64,000 nt of DNA from Candidatus Bathyarchaeia archaeon (GTDB taxonomy: Archaea; Thermoproteota; Bathyarchaeia; Bathyarchaeales; Bathycorpusculaceae): positions 1 through 64,000 of the forward strand of contig JBEKTQ010000006.1 of NCBI GenBank assembly GCA_049515895.1. Direction: 5' to 3'. Of this stretch, positions 1 to 9,002 are shown piece after piece (position 1 is the stretch's first letter; the number at the start of each line of letters is the position of its first letter). The notes beneath the pieces were generated by a model that did not search any database, was not told where the DNA came from, and was given only the letters and a program-made list of their open reading frames with translations. The translations under genes and the position numbers were made by a program.

Positions 1-120
1 AGACTTGTTCCTGTCAGGATGATATTGCAGCGCTAGTTTCCTGTAGGCGTCTTTTATCGCGTCTTTGGACGCATTCTTCGGAACACCTAGAATCTCGTAG
101 TAATTCCTTTTTTCAGTCAT
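1..120 (-). CDS. dnaJ: J-domain chaperone (DnaJ family), 5' part; runs off window
   Basis: Manual translation [40 protein letters not shown], with the YYEILGV and HPD motifs; not in ORF track. Confidence 0.85.
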   Translation of the reverse strand, partial: MTEKRNYYEILGVPKNASKDAIKDAYRKLALQYHPDRNKS

Positions 121-398
121 TACTTACCTGCATCTTGACTTTAGACTTGAAACAACTACTATATAATAATTGCAAAAGAAGTGCTCCGCGTGCGCTTGTT
201 CAACAGTTTAGCTATTTGGGCTTTGTCGCAAATTTGTTTCTTAGCAAAAAATAACACGCACTTAATACCTCAAATAAGGTCTTCCGATCCCTAGCCGACA
301 TCAACGATTTCTTCATCTCCGAACCCATGAAATGGGCACTTCTCCGCTTTATCGCGACTTAGTGACTGACAGACATTATTCACGTCACGCGTGTAGAG

Positions 399-1817
399 TC
401 AGAGGTTATCTTCTTCCAGGTATGCTGGTGCGGTCACTTCCCATCCGCCTTTTGAATGCAAATATTTCTCCAAGCTCAACATCGATCCTTCTTCGCCATG
501 AGTCAGGAAAACATGTTTCGGCGGGGATTTGAAGTTGTCGAGCCACCGGTGCAAATCGCTCATACCAGCATGGGCAGATAAACCCTCAATATTCTCGATC
601 CTCATCCGCACCGGATAGGACTGGCCGAGAATACGAACTGGAGAAGCGCCATCAAAGATCTGCCGTCCCAGCGTCCCAACGGCTTGGTATCCCACAAAGA
701 GAAGCGTGGATTCTGGACGAGTTATCTCTCTGACAAGATGATGCTTAATTCGCCCTCCGGTAATCATCCCCGAACCAGCCATAATGATTGCTGACCCCTT
801 GATCAGGTTAATCGCCTTAGACCCTTCAACAGATTCAACAAGCTTCAACCCCGGAAAGTCAAAGGGAGATTGACCATCCTTGAAGAGCTCCAGTGTCTCT
901 TTGTCAAAATACTTCTTGCTTTGTTCAAAGACATTCGTGACTTCGACAGCCATGGGGCTATCGAGAAACGTAACAATATAAGGAATCCTTTTTGTACGCG
1001 CCAACGAACCGAAACGGTATAATAGCTCTTGGGCGCGCTCAATGGCAAAGGTTGGGATAATGACGTCCCCACCAGCTTTTACAGCGTTATTTACGACCGT
1101 GCTGAGTTTATCGTCAATATCTTGGGGACTGCCATGGTCGCGATCTCCGTACGTGGATTCCATGACCACGTAATCTGCTCGATCAAAGACGGAGGGGTTG
1201 TTGAGAAGAGGCGTGTCCCACTGACCGATATCGCCAGAGAAGATGACGTTCCGCGATTCATTCTCATCTTGGAATACGATCTCAATCATGGCCGAGCCAA
1301 GGATGTGACCCGCATCGTGGAAACAAACCTTGACTTGGTCGTTCAGCGGCAAAAACTCTTCATAGGGAACAGCCTTTAGGAGGGGAAAACACCTTTCTGC
1401 ATCTTGGATAGTGTACAAAGGGATTTCAGGGTAGGGTCCCTTTCGGCCTTCCTTATCATGACGTTTTTTCTTGAAGGCAGCATCTTCTTCCTGAATTCGA
1501 GCAGAATCCAAAATCACTATCGGGAACAACTCCTTAGACGCAGGGGTCAGCAGGATTTCTCCGGCAAACCCTTCCTTGACAAGTTTAGGGATGAGTCCGG
1601 AGTGGTCTTGGTGAACGTGTGTTAGGAGGATATATTGGATTTGGTTTGGGGGAACAGGGAAGACCTCCCAATTTCTGTACAAGTATTCTCGTTCCTGAAA
1701 CAGTCCGCAATCAATGAGGATCTTCAATCCAGCAATTTCCAGTAAGTAGCTTGATCCTGTCACTTGATGTGTTGCGCCTAAGAATTTTATTTTCATTAAC
1801 CTTCCACTTATTGTCAT
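399..1817 (-). CDS. MBL-fold beta-CASP metallo-hydrolase/ribonuclease
   Basis: THVHQDH, AGHILGS, SGD, MESTYG, SAHA and HGE motifs. Confidence 0.92.
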   Translation of the reverse strand: MTISGRLMKIKFLGATHQVTGSSYLLEIAGLKILIDCGLFQEREYLYRNWEVFPVPPNQIQYILLTHVHQDHSGLIPKLVKEGFAGEILLTPASKELFPIVILDSARIQEEDAAFKKKRHDKEGRKGPYPEIPLYTIQDAERCFPLLKAVPYEEFLPLNDQVKVCFHDAGHILGSAMIEIVFQDENESRNVIFSGDIGQWDTPLLNNPSVFDRADYVVMESTYGDRDHGSPQDIDDKLSTVVNNAVKAGGDVIIPTFAIERAQELLYRFGSLARTKRIPYIVTFLDSPMAVEVTNVFEQSKKYFDKETLELFKDGQSPFDFPGLKLVESVEGSKAINLIKGSAIIMAGSGMITGGRIKHHLVREITRPESTLLFVGYQAVGTLGRQIFDGASPVRILGQSYPVRMRIENIEGLSAHAGMSDLHRWLDNFKSPPKHVFLTHGEEGSMLSLEKYLHSKGGWEVTAPAYLEEDNL

Positions 1818-2041
1818 TTCTCATTTCTAATCTATCAATCTTCTTGTTCTCGCAAAAGTAATGTCTTTGTTTGAGCAAGATGATTACTTAAAGCTCTTGC
1901 CGAGACGTTTTTTTCCAATTTTTTGTTAACTTCTAGCGCGCTTTAATCGCACTAGAACGGTATTGTTGCAGGCGTTGGTCTTTCTCTTTAATGAAAGTCA
2001 CTGTTTCAACATTTGGACCCAATAGTTTTGGAGGAGTTGAC

Positions 2042-2224
2042 GTGGGCTATCGGTTGACCTTAGAACAGTGCGCTTACTTGCTTGATCATTTTTATGCAGG
2101 AATATGTCTTAGAAAGTTATCATGTCTGTTTAGGGCTCTCTTCGGAATTCCGATTTCTCCAGCAACAATACACCGCCGAATAGCGCGCCGCGCTTCCTCC
2201 TCAATAAATATAAAGGGAAATTGA
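2042..2224 (+). CDS. Small HTH-like ORF, possible transposase fragment
   Basis: GGAGG before GTG; LRKLS..FGIPISPATIHRRI resembles a transposase HTH. Confidence 0.3.
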   Translation: MGYRLTLEQCAYLLDHFYAGICLRKLSCLFRALFGIPISPATIHRRIARRASSSINIKGN

Positions 2225-2360
2225 TTTCGAATTAGATGTGACATCAAACTCCATGGCTACTATCGCAGTTCCTAAACACGGCAATAAGCGCACAAAATTA
2301 AAGTACCACTGTACTGAAGTTTATTGAGGATTAATAATAGCCTCTTTATGGTGAAGTAAA

Positions 2361-2735
2361 ATGGAAGGTTTCTCCAACGAAGCATATTATTTGTTTTTCT
2401 CCACACTAGCCAATAGAACGCGCCTTGCCATAATTGATGTTCTAAGAGAAGGCCCCAAAAACATTTCGGGAATTTCAACTGCTCTAGAACAAGAGGAAAC
2501 CATAATCGCTCACAACCTCAAAGTGCTGGAACGTTCTGCACTATTGCGTTCAGAAAGTTACGGAAAAGAAAAGCTTTACTCTTTGAACATGGAAGTTTTT
2601 GCACCGCTTTCTGAGCTTCTAACTTTTCACACCAACACATATTGCCCTAATCTCAAAAGTTGCATACCTCCCGAAAAACTTGAGGCGTACATGAAAAAAG
2701 AAGCTGCAAAAGAGACATTTATAGAACATCAATGA
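2361..2735 (+). CDS. ArsR-family transcriptional regulator
   Basis: FSTLANRTRLAII...IAHNLKVL wHTH; C-terminal H/C residues. Confidence 0.85.
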   Translation: MEGFSNEAYYLFFSTLANRTRLAIIDVLREGPKNISGISTALEQEETIIAHNLKVLERSALLRSESYGKEKLYSLNMEVFAPLSELLTFHTNTYCPNLKSCIPPEKLEAYMKKEAAKETFIEHQ

Positions 2736-3470
2736 TTCGCGCGCGCGAAGTAAGCTAACGGATACAGGAGAATTTGACTGGGGCTTGCAGGTAATAATAA
2801 CTGGTTTGAAGTCGTCCTTAAATCGATGATGTGAATTCAAGAAAGCAAATATTTACGAATCGGAGCAATAGGGACTCAGACCGTTTCGGGGGTAAGCCCG
2901 ATCCGGCTCATCCTCAGCGTCTACTTTTACTGGTAAATTGGCGACAAAATCCCATTCCCGGCGCCTTTTTATCTTGTTTTTCAAGGCATTTTCAAGTTTG
3001 AGAAGTACCGATGGAATCTCAAAGTCGTTTTTGTAATTGGGTTGTTCTAAGGTTTGGGTGGGAATTTTGGTTAAAGTATGAGAAACCTTTTTTAGTGATT
3101 TTAGATAGTCGCTGAATCATCGAAACGCTTAGGGGTAGAGCTAGGTCATTTACTTAAATGTCTTTAAGCTTAGCATGGCGGGTGGGTTATTCTCGTGCCT
3201 GATGAAAAAGTTTTCTCGTTTAACTGCCCCCCCTGAACTTAAAACTGCAAGGCTTCTTTTCAGCGCTTGCCTGAGTGTACCAATAGTGTTTTGGCTCCAA
3301 TCCGATGGACTTATTAAGAGACCGGGCATAAACAATAGCGGGGTTGCTCGGTTGGGGTACAATATTACTCGAGTGTCTGAAAATGGCTTTCCTAGTCAAC
3401 CCTGCAGCGGAAAATGCAGAGCCGCCTTTTGCCAATTCGCGGCAAAATATTGTAAGGACTGACGAGCAGC

Positions 3471-4661
3471 ATGCAAATCCTTGTTTACGTTATTTCCATT
3501 GTCTGGCTTTCACCTATTTTCTACCTTCTAGTTTTGCTGATCGGTAAATGGTCCAAATTGAGGAGAAGAAAAAATCTCATAAGGCAGAAGGGGCCAGTTC
3601 AGAAGAAAATTGAAAAAATCATCTTTCAGATTCCTACTGTGGGAAATTTTCGGTCAGTTAATAAGGCTTTTGAAACTGTTAAAGGCTATGACCTTCCTGC
3701 TCCCGTGGAAACCTGGGTAGTAGTTGAAGAGTGGGATACACATAAGGACCAGTACGTATGCGACAAGGTTGTAGTTGTTCCCAAAGATTTTGAATGCGAA
3801 GACTTGTACAAAGCACGAGCTTTAGAATTCGCTCGCAGGTTAAGGGTTAAGATGGTTGCCGACGGAGAGCTGGGTTCAAATTATATGCTACTTCAAGGAG
3901 ACGACGACGCACTGCCCACCATAGGATTTATACTGGAAGGCTTGACGGTTAACGCGGACATATCGATTGGAACTATTACCCCCAAAGTAGCTGGAGTTTG
4001 GAGCACGATAATAGATTACGAACGGTGCGTCGCTTGCGGAATCTTCTGCAACTTTTTTACCAATCTAGGACAACCTCTCTGGGCTCACGGTGAAGGAACG
4101 GTTATGAGCAGCAAAGTTGACCAAAACGTTTCATATGACATAAGCAGCTTCGTGAAAAATCCTAAGCAGAAGCTGATAAGCAGTGAAGACGCATTTTACT
4201 TTCACAAAGCAGCCGTCTTAGGTTTTAACATTTATAATTCTGAAGAAAGGGTCCTTATACTGCCCCCGTTATCTATGCGTGACGCTGTGAAACAGAGGCG
4301 AAGATGGTTTTGGGGTCAATGGACACTTTTAAGAGATAAAATGCTTCCGTTGCCAAATAGACTGAGGCTAGGTGTTTTAGGCTTTTCGGGTTTGTGGCTC
4401 TATTTCATCGGAATGTTGGGGTTACCGCTGAGCTACCTGGGGATAATTTCCGTAACTGGGATATTCTTTCCGTTAATGCTTGCTTCCCTTGTCATCTGGC
4501 TCGGAATGAGAGCCTACATTATCGGGACGGCCATGGGCTGGAAGCAGGGCCTAATAGGAGCTTTGCTGAGCTATGTGACGGTGACATTAAACACTTTCGT
4601 TCACCTCATAGGGCTGCTGAAAGGTGACCCTCATAACTTCGAAGTAATACGAAAAGAGTGA
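3471..4661 (+). CDS. Membrane GT2 glycosyltransferase (egghead/BRE-3-like)
   Basis: YKARALE, DDD, SED and QRRRW motifs; N- and C-terminal TM helices. Confidence 0.85.
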   Translation: MQILVYVISIVWLSPIFYLLVLLIGKWSKLRRRKNLIRQKGPVQKKIEKIIFQIPTVGNFRSVNKAFETVKGYDLPAPVETWVVVEEWDTHKDQYVCDKVVVVPKDFECEDLYKARALEFARRLRVKMVADGELGSNYMLLQGDDDALPTIGFILEGLTVNADISIGTITPKVAGVWSTIIDYERCVACGIFCNFFTNLGQPLWAHGEGTVMSSKVDQNVSYDISSFVKNPKQKLISSEDAFYFHKAAVLGFNIYNSEERVLILPPLSMRDAVKQRRRWFWGQWTLLRDKMLPLPNRLRLGVLGFSGLWLYFIGMLGLPLSYLGIISVTGIFFPLMLASLVIWLGMRAYIIGTAMGWKQGLIGALLSYVTVTLNTFVHLIGLLKGDPHNFEVIRKE

Positions 4662-4879
4662 TTTCAGGCCCTCGAATTAGTATAGAAGCAGTGAGTATAG
4701 AATTCATATTATTGATTCATAAGGCTTATTTTCTTTGAACCTCAAAGGATTGAACAAGACAGGCGAAACTTGAAAACAAGGCATGTTTCTAACAGTCCCC
4801 ACAATAGAGAGAACTAAATGAAAAACCAAAAGAAGCGTCAAAAAGAGAGGCGCAGGCAAATTTTGGAAAGTGTTTAAGA

Positions 4880-5002
4880 ATGAAAGTCAATGATAGATGT
4901 CCTTCGTGCGGCTCAATTGAGACCGAAACCGTGTACACATATGAATCAGTGTTAAGCGTTTGCAAAATTTGCCGAGTGATGCGTTCAAAAAGCTGGTTTT
5001 AG
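4880..5002 (+). CDS. 40-aa zinc-ribbon microprotein
   Basis: MKVNDRCPSCGS...VCKICRVMRSKSWF with two CxxC; below ORF-track cutoff. Confidence 0.6.
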   Translation: MKVNDRCPSCGSIETETVYTYESVLSVCKICRVMRSKSWF

Positions 5003-5173
5003 AACAAGCTGCCCTTAAATGCTGAATGAATAAAGTGGATTTCTAAGCTTTTTCGACCTTCGCACTGAATAGTGCTTTGCGTTGTCTCGTTGACCTACTG
5101 ATCTGTTTCGTTTTTGGCTCGGAGTGAATCTTGTGAATCTAATTTGCGTCCTTTATAGCACCCCGCTTTCTTG

Positions 5174-6127
5174 TTAACGGAGAATCAAGGTGACTTTTCT
5201 GTTGCTGAGCGCCGTTAATATTTCTAGTATAGTCAACGCAGCAATAGAGTAGATAGGAATCCAATCATAGGGGTACATCTGAAAAGCAATGTTCCCGTTC
5301 ACCTCAGCATGCAGAAACGTGAATCCTATGCCGTAATAAAAAAAGAAAGGTAAGTTTGTGGCTGCTAGAAAAGCGGCTGATCCTGCAATAAACTTCAGCA
5401 GCGATTGTCTGTTATACCAAATTAACAAGGGCAACGCGAGAAGGGCGCCCCGGGGGTCAAATGAGCCAAATGTAAAAAACAGTGCTGACAACCATGGTTT
5501 TTTAGTGTATCCGAAATACAATGCGCCTACTAGTAGGATTGTTTGAAGGACATGGGCGTTTCCCATCATGTACCCGATGAAATAGCTTGGCGCGAAGGAC
5601 TGAATATTCAAGGTTTCCACTCGCATGCCAAACAGGTTAACGCTTGAGCTGGCAAATGAAAGCGAAGGGAGTGGTTGCAACAAGATAATTACCGAGGCTA
5701 TCACGCTTGGAACAAGGTTTTTTTCCTTAACAAGGTTGTAGACGAAGAAAGCTAAGGCTGGAATTAACGCAAATTGCAATAGGTCAAAGGCAGTGAGCGC
5801 GTTCGAGTAGCTTAGTGTGAAGAACGGCGCGAAAAGAATCAGGAATGAAGGCGAATACTTGAAGGTTTGCGGTCTTGGCAGAATCGGAAAATCTTTCGGT
5901 ATGATGCCTCCGTAGTAAATTTGCGTTGGGTTGTGAAATAGCCGCCATTCTCCAATGTAATACGCTGAAAAATCTCTCGCAAAGGTGGCTGATTTGGGTA
6001 GTTGGAGAGCTAAAGGGAAAGCAACCCCAAAAAAGAAAGCGTTCAACGCCAATGCTATAAGGATGGTATTCAAGATTTTTCTTTTTTCTAGTTGCTTCTG
6101 TTCCGCAGTTTTCACCGTCTTAAACAA
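5174..6127 (-). CDS. Polytopic GT-C/GT87-like glycosyltransferase
   Basis: RDFSAYY and FKYSPSFLILF motifs; multiple TM helices. Confidence 0.65.
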   Translation of the reverse strand: MFKTVKTAEQKQLEKRKILNTILIALALNAFFFGVAFPLALQLPKSATFARDFSAYYIGEWRLFHNPTQIYYGGIIPKDFPILPRPQTFKYSPSFLILFAPFFTLSYSNALTAFDLLQFALIPALAFFVYNLVKEKNLVPSVIASVIILLQPLPSLSFASSSVNLFGMRVETLNIQSFAPSYFIGYMMGNAHVLQTILLVGALYFGYTKKPWLSALFFTFGSFDPRGALLALPLLIWYNRQSLLKFIAGSAAFLAATNLPFFFYYGIGFTFLHAEVNGNIAFQMYPYDWIPIYSIAALTILEILTALSNRKVTLILR

Positions 6128-6287
6128 CGAGTAAGTTAAGAAAGCTTCATTGGTTTAATGATTTATTTTTTGCCCTACTACGCCAAATTTTCTAGGAAAA
6201 TGTTTTATTGACCAGCTTATCCATAAGTTTTAGCTTGGTATCGCTAAATTGCCTTTTGAGTGAGAATAAATGTTAAAAAAGAAGAAT

Positions 6288-6923
6288 TTAATAATAGTAA
6301 GTCAACGTTACTGTTGCGCTGATTGCAGTTTTATCCGTGCTTCCCATTCTTATTTCCACAGTTGTTGGCAGCACTGGAAATACAGCGGTTCCTGATTTTC
6401 CTATTGTTATGTTCTGGTTGAAGTTAACTCCGTAAACGGAGTAGATTGCCTGTGCGTAGGTTGCGGTTGAGTTTGAGGTCGCTTGGACTTGTACATATCC
6501 AGGATATGGCAGCGTGTTATCAAATATGTTAGTATTGTTTGCTACAGTTACCGAGGACGAGCTGATTAGAGTTTCAGATGACTGCATAGTCATAATACTC
6601 GAAGCGGAATTTAGTTGATCGGTCAAGTTAGTCAACTCCGTATTCAGCGAGGAAATCTGATTTTCATTTGCTGTTTTATCGCTATTCGCTGAAGAAACCT
6701 GGCTAGTTAGGTTCTGCACCTGTGCCTGCAATGAGCTAATTTCGTTATTCTTTTCCTTTATTTGCGCTTGCAGGTTAGTCGGCTGGTAAACCACAAACAC
6801 ACTAACTAGGCCAGCGGCGAGAATAACACAGACAACTGCTAAAGCGACGAATTTCATATTTCTTTTGCCCGCAGAAGGCGGCGGAGGCGGGGGTAATACG
6901 TCAGAGGTATGGTTTTGACTCAT
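6288..6923 (-). CDS. Membrane-anchored coiled-coil protein
   Basis: Pro-rich N-terminus, one TM helix, heptad region, beta-rich C-terminus; start moved to MSQNH. Confidence 0.7.
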   Translation of the reverse strand: MSQNHTSDVLPPPPPPSAGKRNMKFVALAVVCVILAAGLVSVFVVYQPTNLQAQIKEKNNEISSLQAQVQNLTSQVSSANSDKTANENQISSLNTELTNLTDQLNSASSIMTMQSSETLISSSSVTVANNTNIFDNTLPYPGYVQVQATSNSTATYAQAIYSVYGVNFNQNITIGKSGTAVFPVLPTTVEIRMGSTDKTAISATVTLTYYY

Positions 6924-7052
6924 GGTTATCTTCCTGTTTTTTCTATTTATCTGTACTGAGTGATTAATAATTTTTTCCACATTCAGCCCAAACTGCAATT
7001 GAGGAACTTACTCCGCGGTAAGTAGCAACTGTTCGCTAGTTTCTTCGTCCTC

Positions 7053-7496
7053 CTAGTACTTCACGCTTAGGTATAGTAATACGGATAACGCAACCAACTC
7101 GAATAAACTCGGCAGAAACGCGAAAGGCCCGAGTCCGTAGGCTCTAAATCCGTATATTGACGTCACAAACGGGCTTGAGGTTAAATCTCTAACAAGGAAC
7201 ACAAAAGCGAAAATCACGAGCCCAACAGTAAATGGGGAACGCGTCTTGACGTAAATGTTAACATAAATTAATATTAAAATGGCAAGCAGAGCGATGTTAA
7301 TTGTTGAAATTATCGTGTTGGCTATGTAGAAAAGCTCAAGGTCTCCTGAAACAAAACTTGGCGAGGGAGCTCGCCTTTCGAAGGCATAGTGATGTTGAAT
7401 CAATGTTAGTGCCCCAAAGGTGGCAACAACAGCAACTATCACCAATATCGCGACTATCAAGCCAAGTTTCAATCTATTACTCATTTGGTTTTCCAT
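7053..7496 (-). CDS. 4-TM membrane protein, downstream of ArsR gene
   Basis: Hydrophobic helices; 19 bp from the wHTH gene. Confidence 0.75.
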   Translation of the reverse strand: MENQMSNRLKLGLIVAILVIVAVVATFGALTLIQHHYAFERRAPSPSFVSGDLELFYIANTIISTINIALLAILILIYVNIYVKTRSPFTVGLVIFAFVFLVRDLTSSPFVTSIYGFRAYGLGPFAFLPSLFELVALSVLLYLSVKY

Positions 7497-7515
7497 GTTC
7501 CTTTTTCTCCTTTTT

Positions 7516-7818
7516 CTACTTTTTCCCGATTCTCTTCAAAATCTCCTCAAACATTTCATAGTTGTCTTCCATGACTTGCGATAAAAAGTACGTGGCGCCG
7601 TATCTGTCTCCTATGGAAGTGATTATCTTGTTTTTCTCCAAAACATCGAGATGGTGCCTCATTGTTTTGTAATCCATCTTCAATGCAATGGCAAGCTGAT
7701 TTGCGTTCTGCGGCGTTTCCCTCAATGACCGAATTATTTTCGCTCGGGTGGGACCGCCTCGCGTCCCTGCGATAAGCCATCCTAACAAGTATTTTAACGA
7801 GCGAGCGTTTGCAGACAT
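7516..7818 (-). CDS. ArsR-type winged-helix regulator
   Basis: GTRGGPTRAKII..NANQLA..DYKTMRHHLDVL. Confidence 0.88.
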   Translation of the reverse strand: MSANARSLKYLLGWLIAGTRGGPTRAKIIRSLRETPQNANQLAIALKMDYKTMRHHLDVLEKNKIITSIGDRYGATYFLSQVMEDNYEMFEEILKRIGKK

Positions 7819-7914
7819 TGCGAGGCTCCGTGTTGAAGAGATTCTTTGAAACTTAAATCTGAATCAAGTAATAAACATGATCTTTTAGGGATCCAGCGCT
7901 TTCAAGCGGGGTCA

Positions 7915-7960
7915 AAATTCGGTCTAAATCTGGTGTAATTTAGAAAAACCCCTTAATAAT
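7915..7960 (+). promoter_or_regulatory. 11-bp phased operator-like repeats plus BRE/TATA
   Basis: AAATTCGGTCT-AAATCTGGTGT-AATTTAGAAAA then TTAATAA; paralleled at 8830-8874. Confidence 0.5.
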
Positions 7961-7979
7961 TTACAAGGGAAAGTCCTTT

Positions 7980-8612
7980 TTGACACAGGAGGTGAAAACG
8001 AAAACCATGGATAAAAAAATTAAGGTTCTAGCTTTAATTTCCATCGTTGTTGCGGCCGCCTTTGGTACCGCAATCGTGCTTGCAACCCAGTCATTGGCAA
8101 AAGCTGATGCAACTGGATCAGTCGGGCAAGCGATACAACCTACAGTTTCGTCAATAAACGCCACTATCGATAATGGCGGCTTTATGAATTGGAACATGGG
8201 ATTCGGAGCCCCAAGAGATATGGGCGGCGGATTCTTTGGTTGCGGAGGCTTTGGAGGCATTGGCGGATTCGGCGGATTCGGCGGATTCGGCGGATTCGGA
8301 GAAAACTTCATCAATGGAACTGCACAAGGATTTGGCCCCATTCAAATAAGTTCGGCTTTCACGCAGAACGTGACCAGCATATTGAACAGCAGTACAGATG
8401 TTAAGGCACTGTTTAGCCAAGGTTGGAACGTGACTTCCATTAGACCAATGATAACTACAACAATCGATGGAAACGGCAACGTAGTGACGCAAGCAACTAG
8501 CGCTAACGTGATCTTGCAAGGGACAAACGGCAGCGCACTTGTAGTGGTCAATCTTACAACTGACAAAGTGACAAAGATTGTGACAACTACAATTAACAAT
8601 AACCCGACTTAA
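7980..8612 (+). CDS. Secreted/anchored protein with GGF repeats
   Basis: Signal/TM segment, (GGF)n tract, Thr/Val-rich beta domain. Confidence 0.75.
   Translation: MTQEVKTKTMDKKIKVLALISIVVAAAFGTAIVLATQSLAKADATGSVGQAIQPTVSSINATIDNGGFMNWNMGFGAPRDMGGGFFGCGGFGGIGGFGGFGGFGGFGENFINGTAQGFGPIQISSAFTQNVTSILNSSTDVKALFSQGWNVTSIRPMITTTIDGNGNVVTQATSANVILQGTNGSALVVVNLTTDKVTKIVTTTINNNPT
8262..8297 (+). repeat. Tandem 9-bp repeat (GGCGGATTC)x4
   Basis: Four perfect copies encoding GGF. Confidence 0.95.
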
Positions 8613-8896
8613 AGCGCTCCAACTCGTGGCAAACACATCCTCATTTTTTTACTTTCGGCAATATTGGGCATCATTTTCTTTGTTGGACTAACTAATCCCG
8701 AATTTTCATTTTGTTGCGGATAATTCTTGCGATCGACGGCAAGCTTTAAACAAAGATTTAACTTGCCGAAAACCAAAATCTAAAATCGTTTTATGGATCT
8801 AATATTCGAGTTGTTTCAACCAAAAACGAGAATTGGGTCGGATTTGGGTAATATCTTGAAAAATTGTTTAATAACTCTTAACAAATATTGACGCAA

Positions 8897-8984
8897 GGCA
8901 GTCAGAAAAGAGAATGGAAAACACAAAGGCCATAAGCCCAAATAACTGCCCAAAAAATACCCCTTCGTTCTCGCTCTGACTGCC
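8897..8984 (+). promoter_or_regulatory. Long stem-loop in the 5' leader of the ABC operon
   Basis: GGCAGTCAGA/TCTGACTGCC perfect 10-bp arms plus GAGAATGGA/TTCGTTCTC inner helix. Confidence 0.6.
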
Positions 8985-9002
8985 CAAAATGATAACTGAA
9001 AG

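Noticed and set aside
2870-2925. Hammerhead ribozyme on the minus strand (CTGAGGA...GAAAC)
   Set aside because: Stem II does not abut GAAA, and stems I/III could not be formed
3175-3462. 95-aa ORF upstream of GT2
   Set aside because: No recognisable motif; only the Cys-rich last third is plausible
7961-8636. Repeat-rich ORFs (PPN, SAE, RRI repeats)
   Set aside because: Alternative-frame readings of the GGCGGATTC tract
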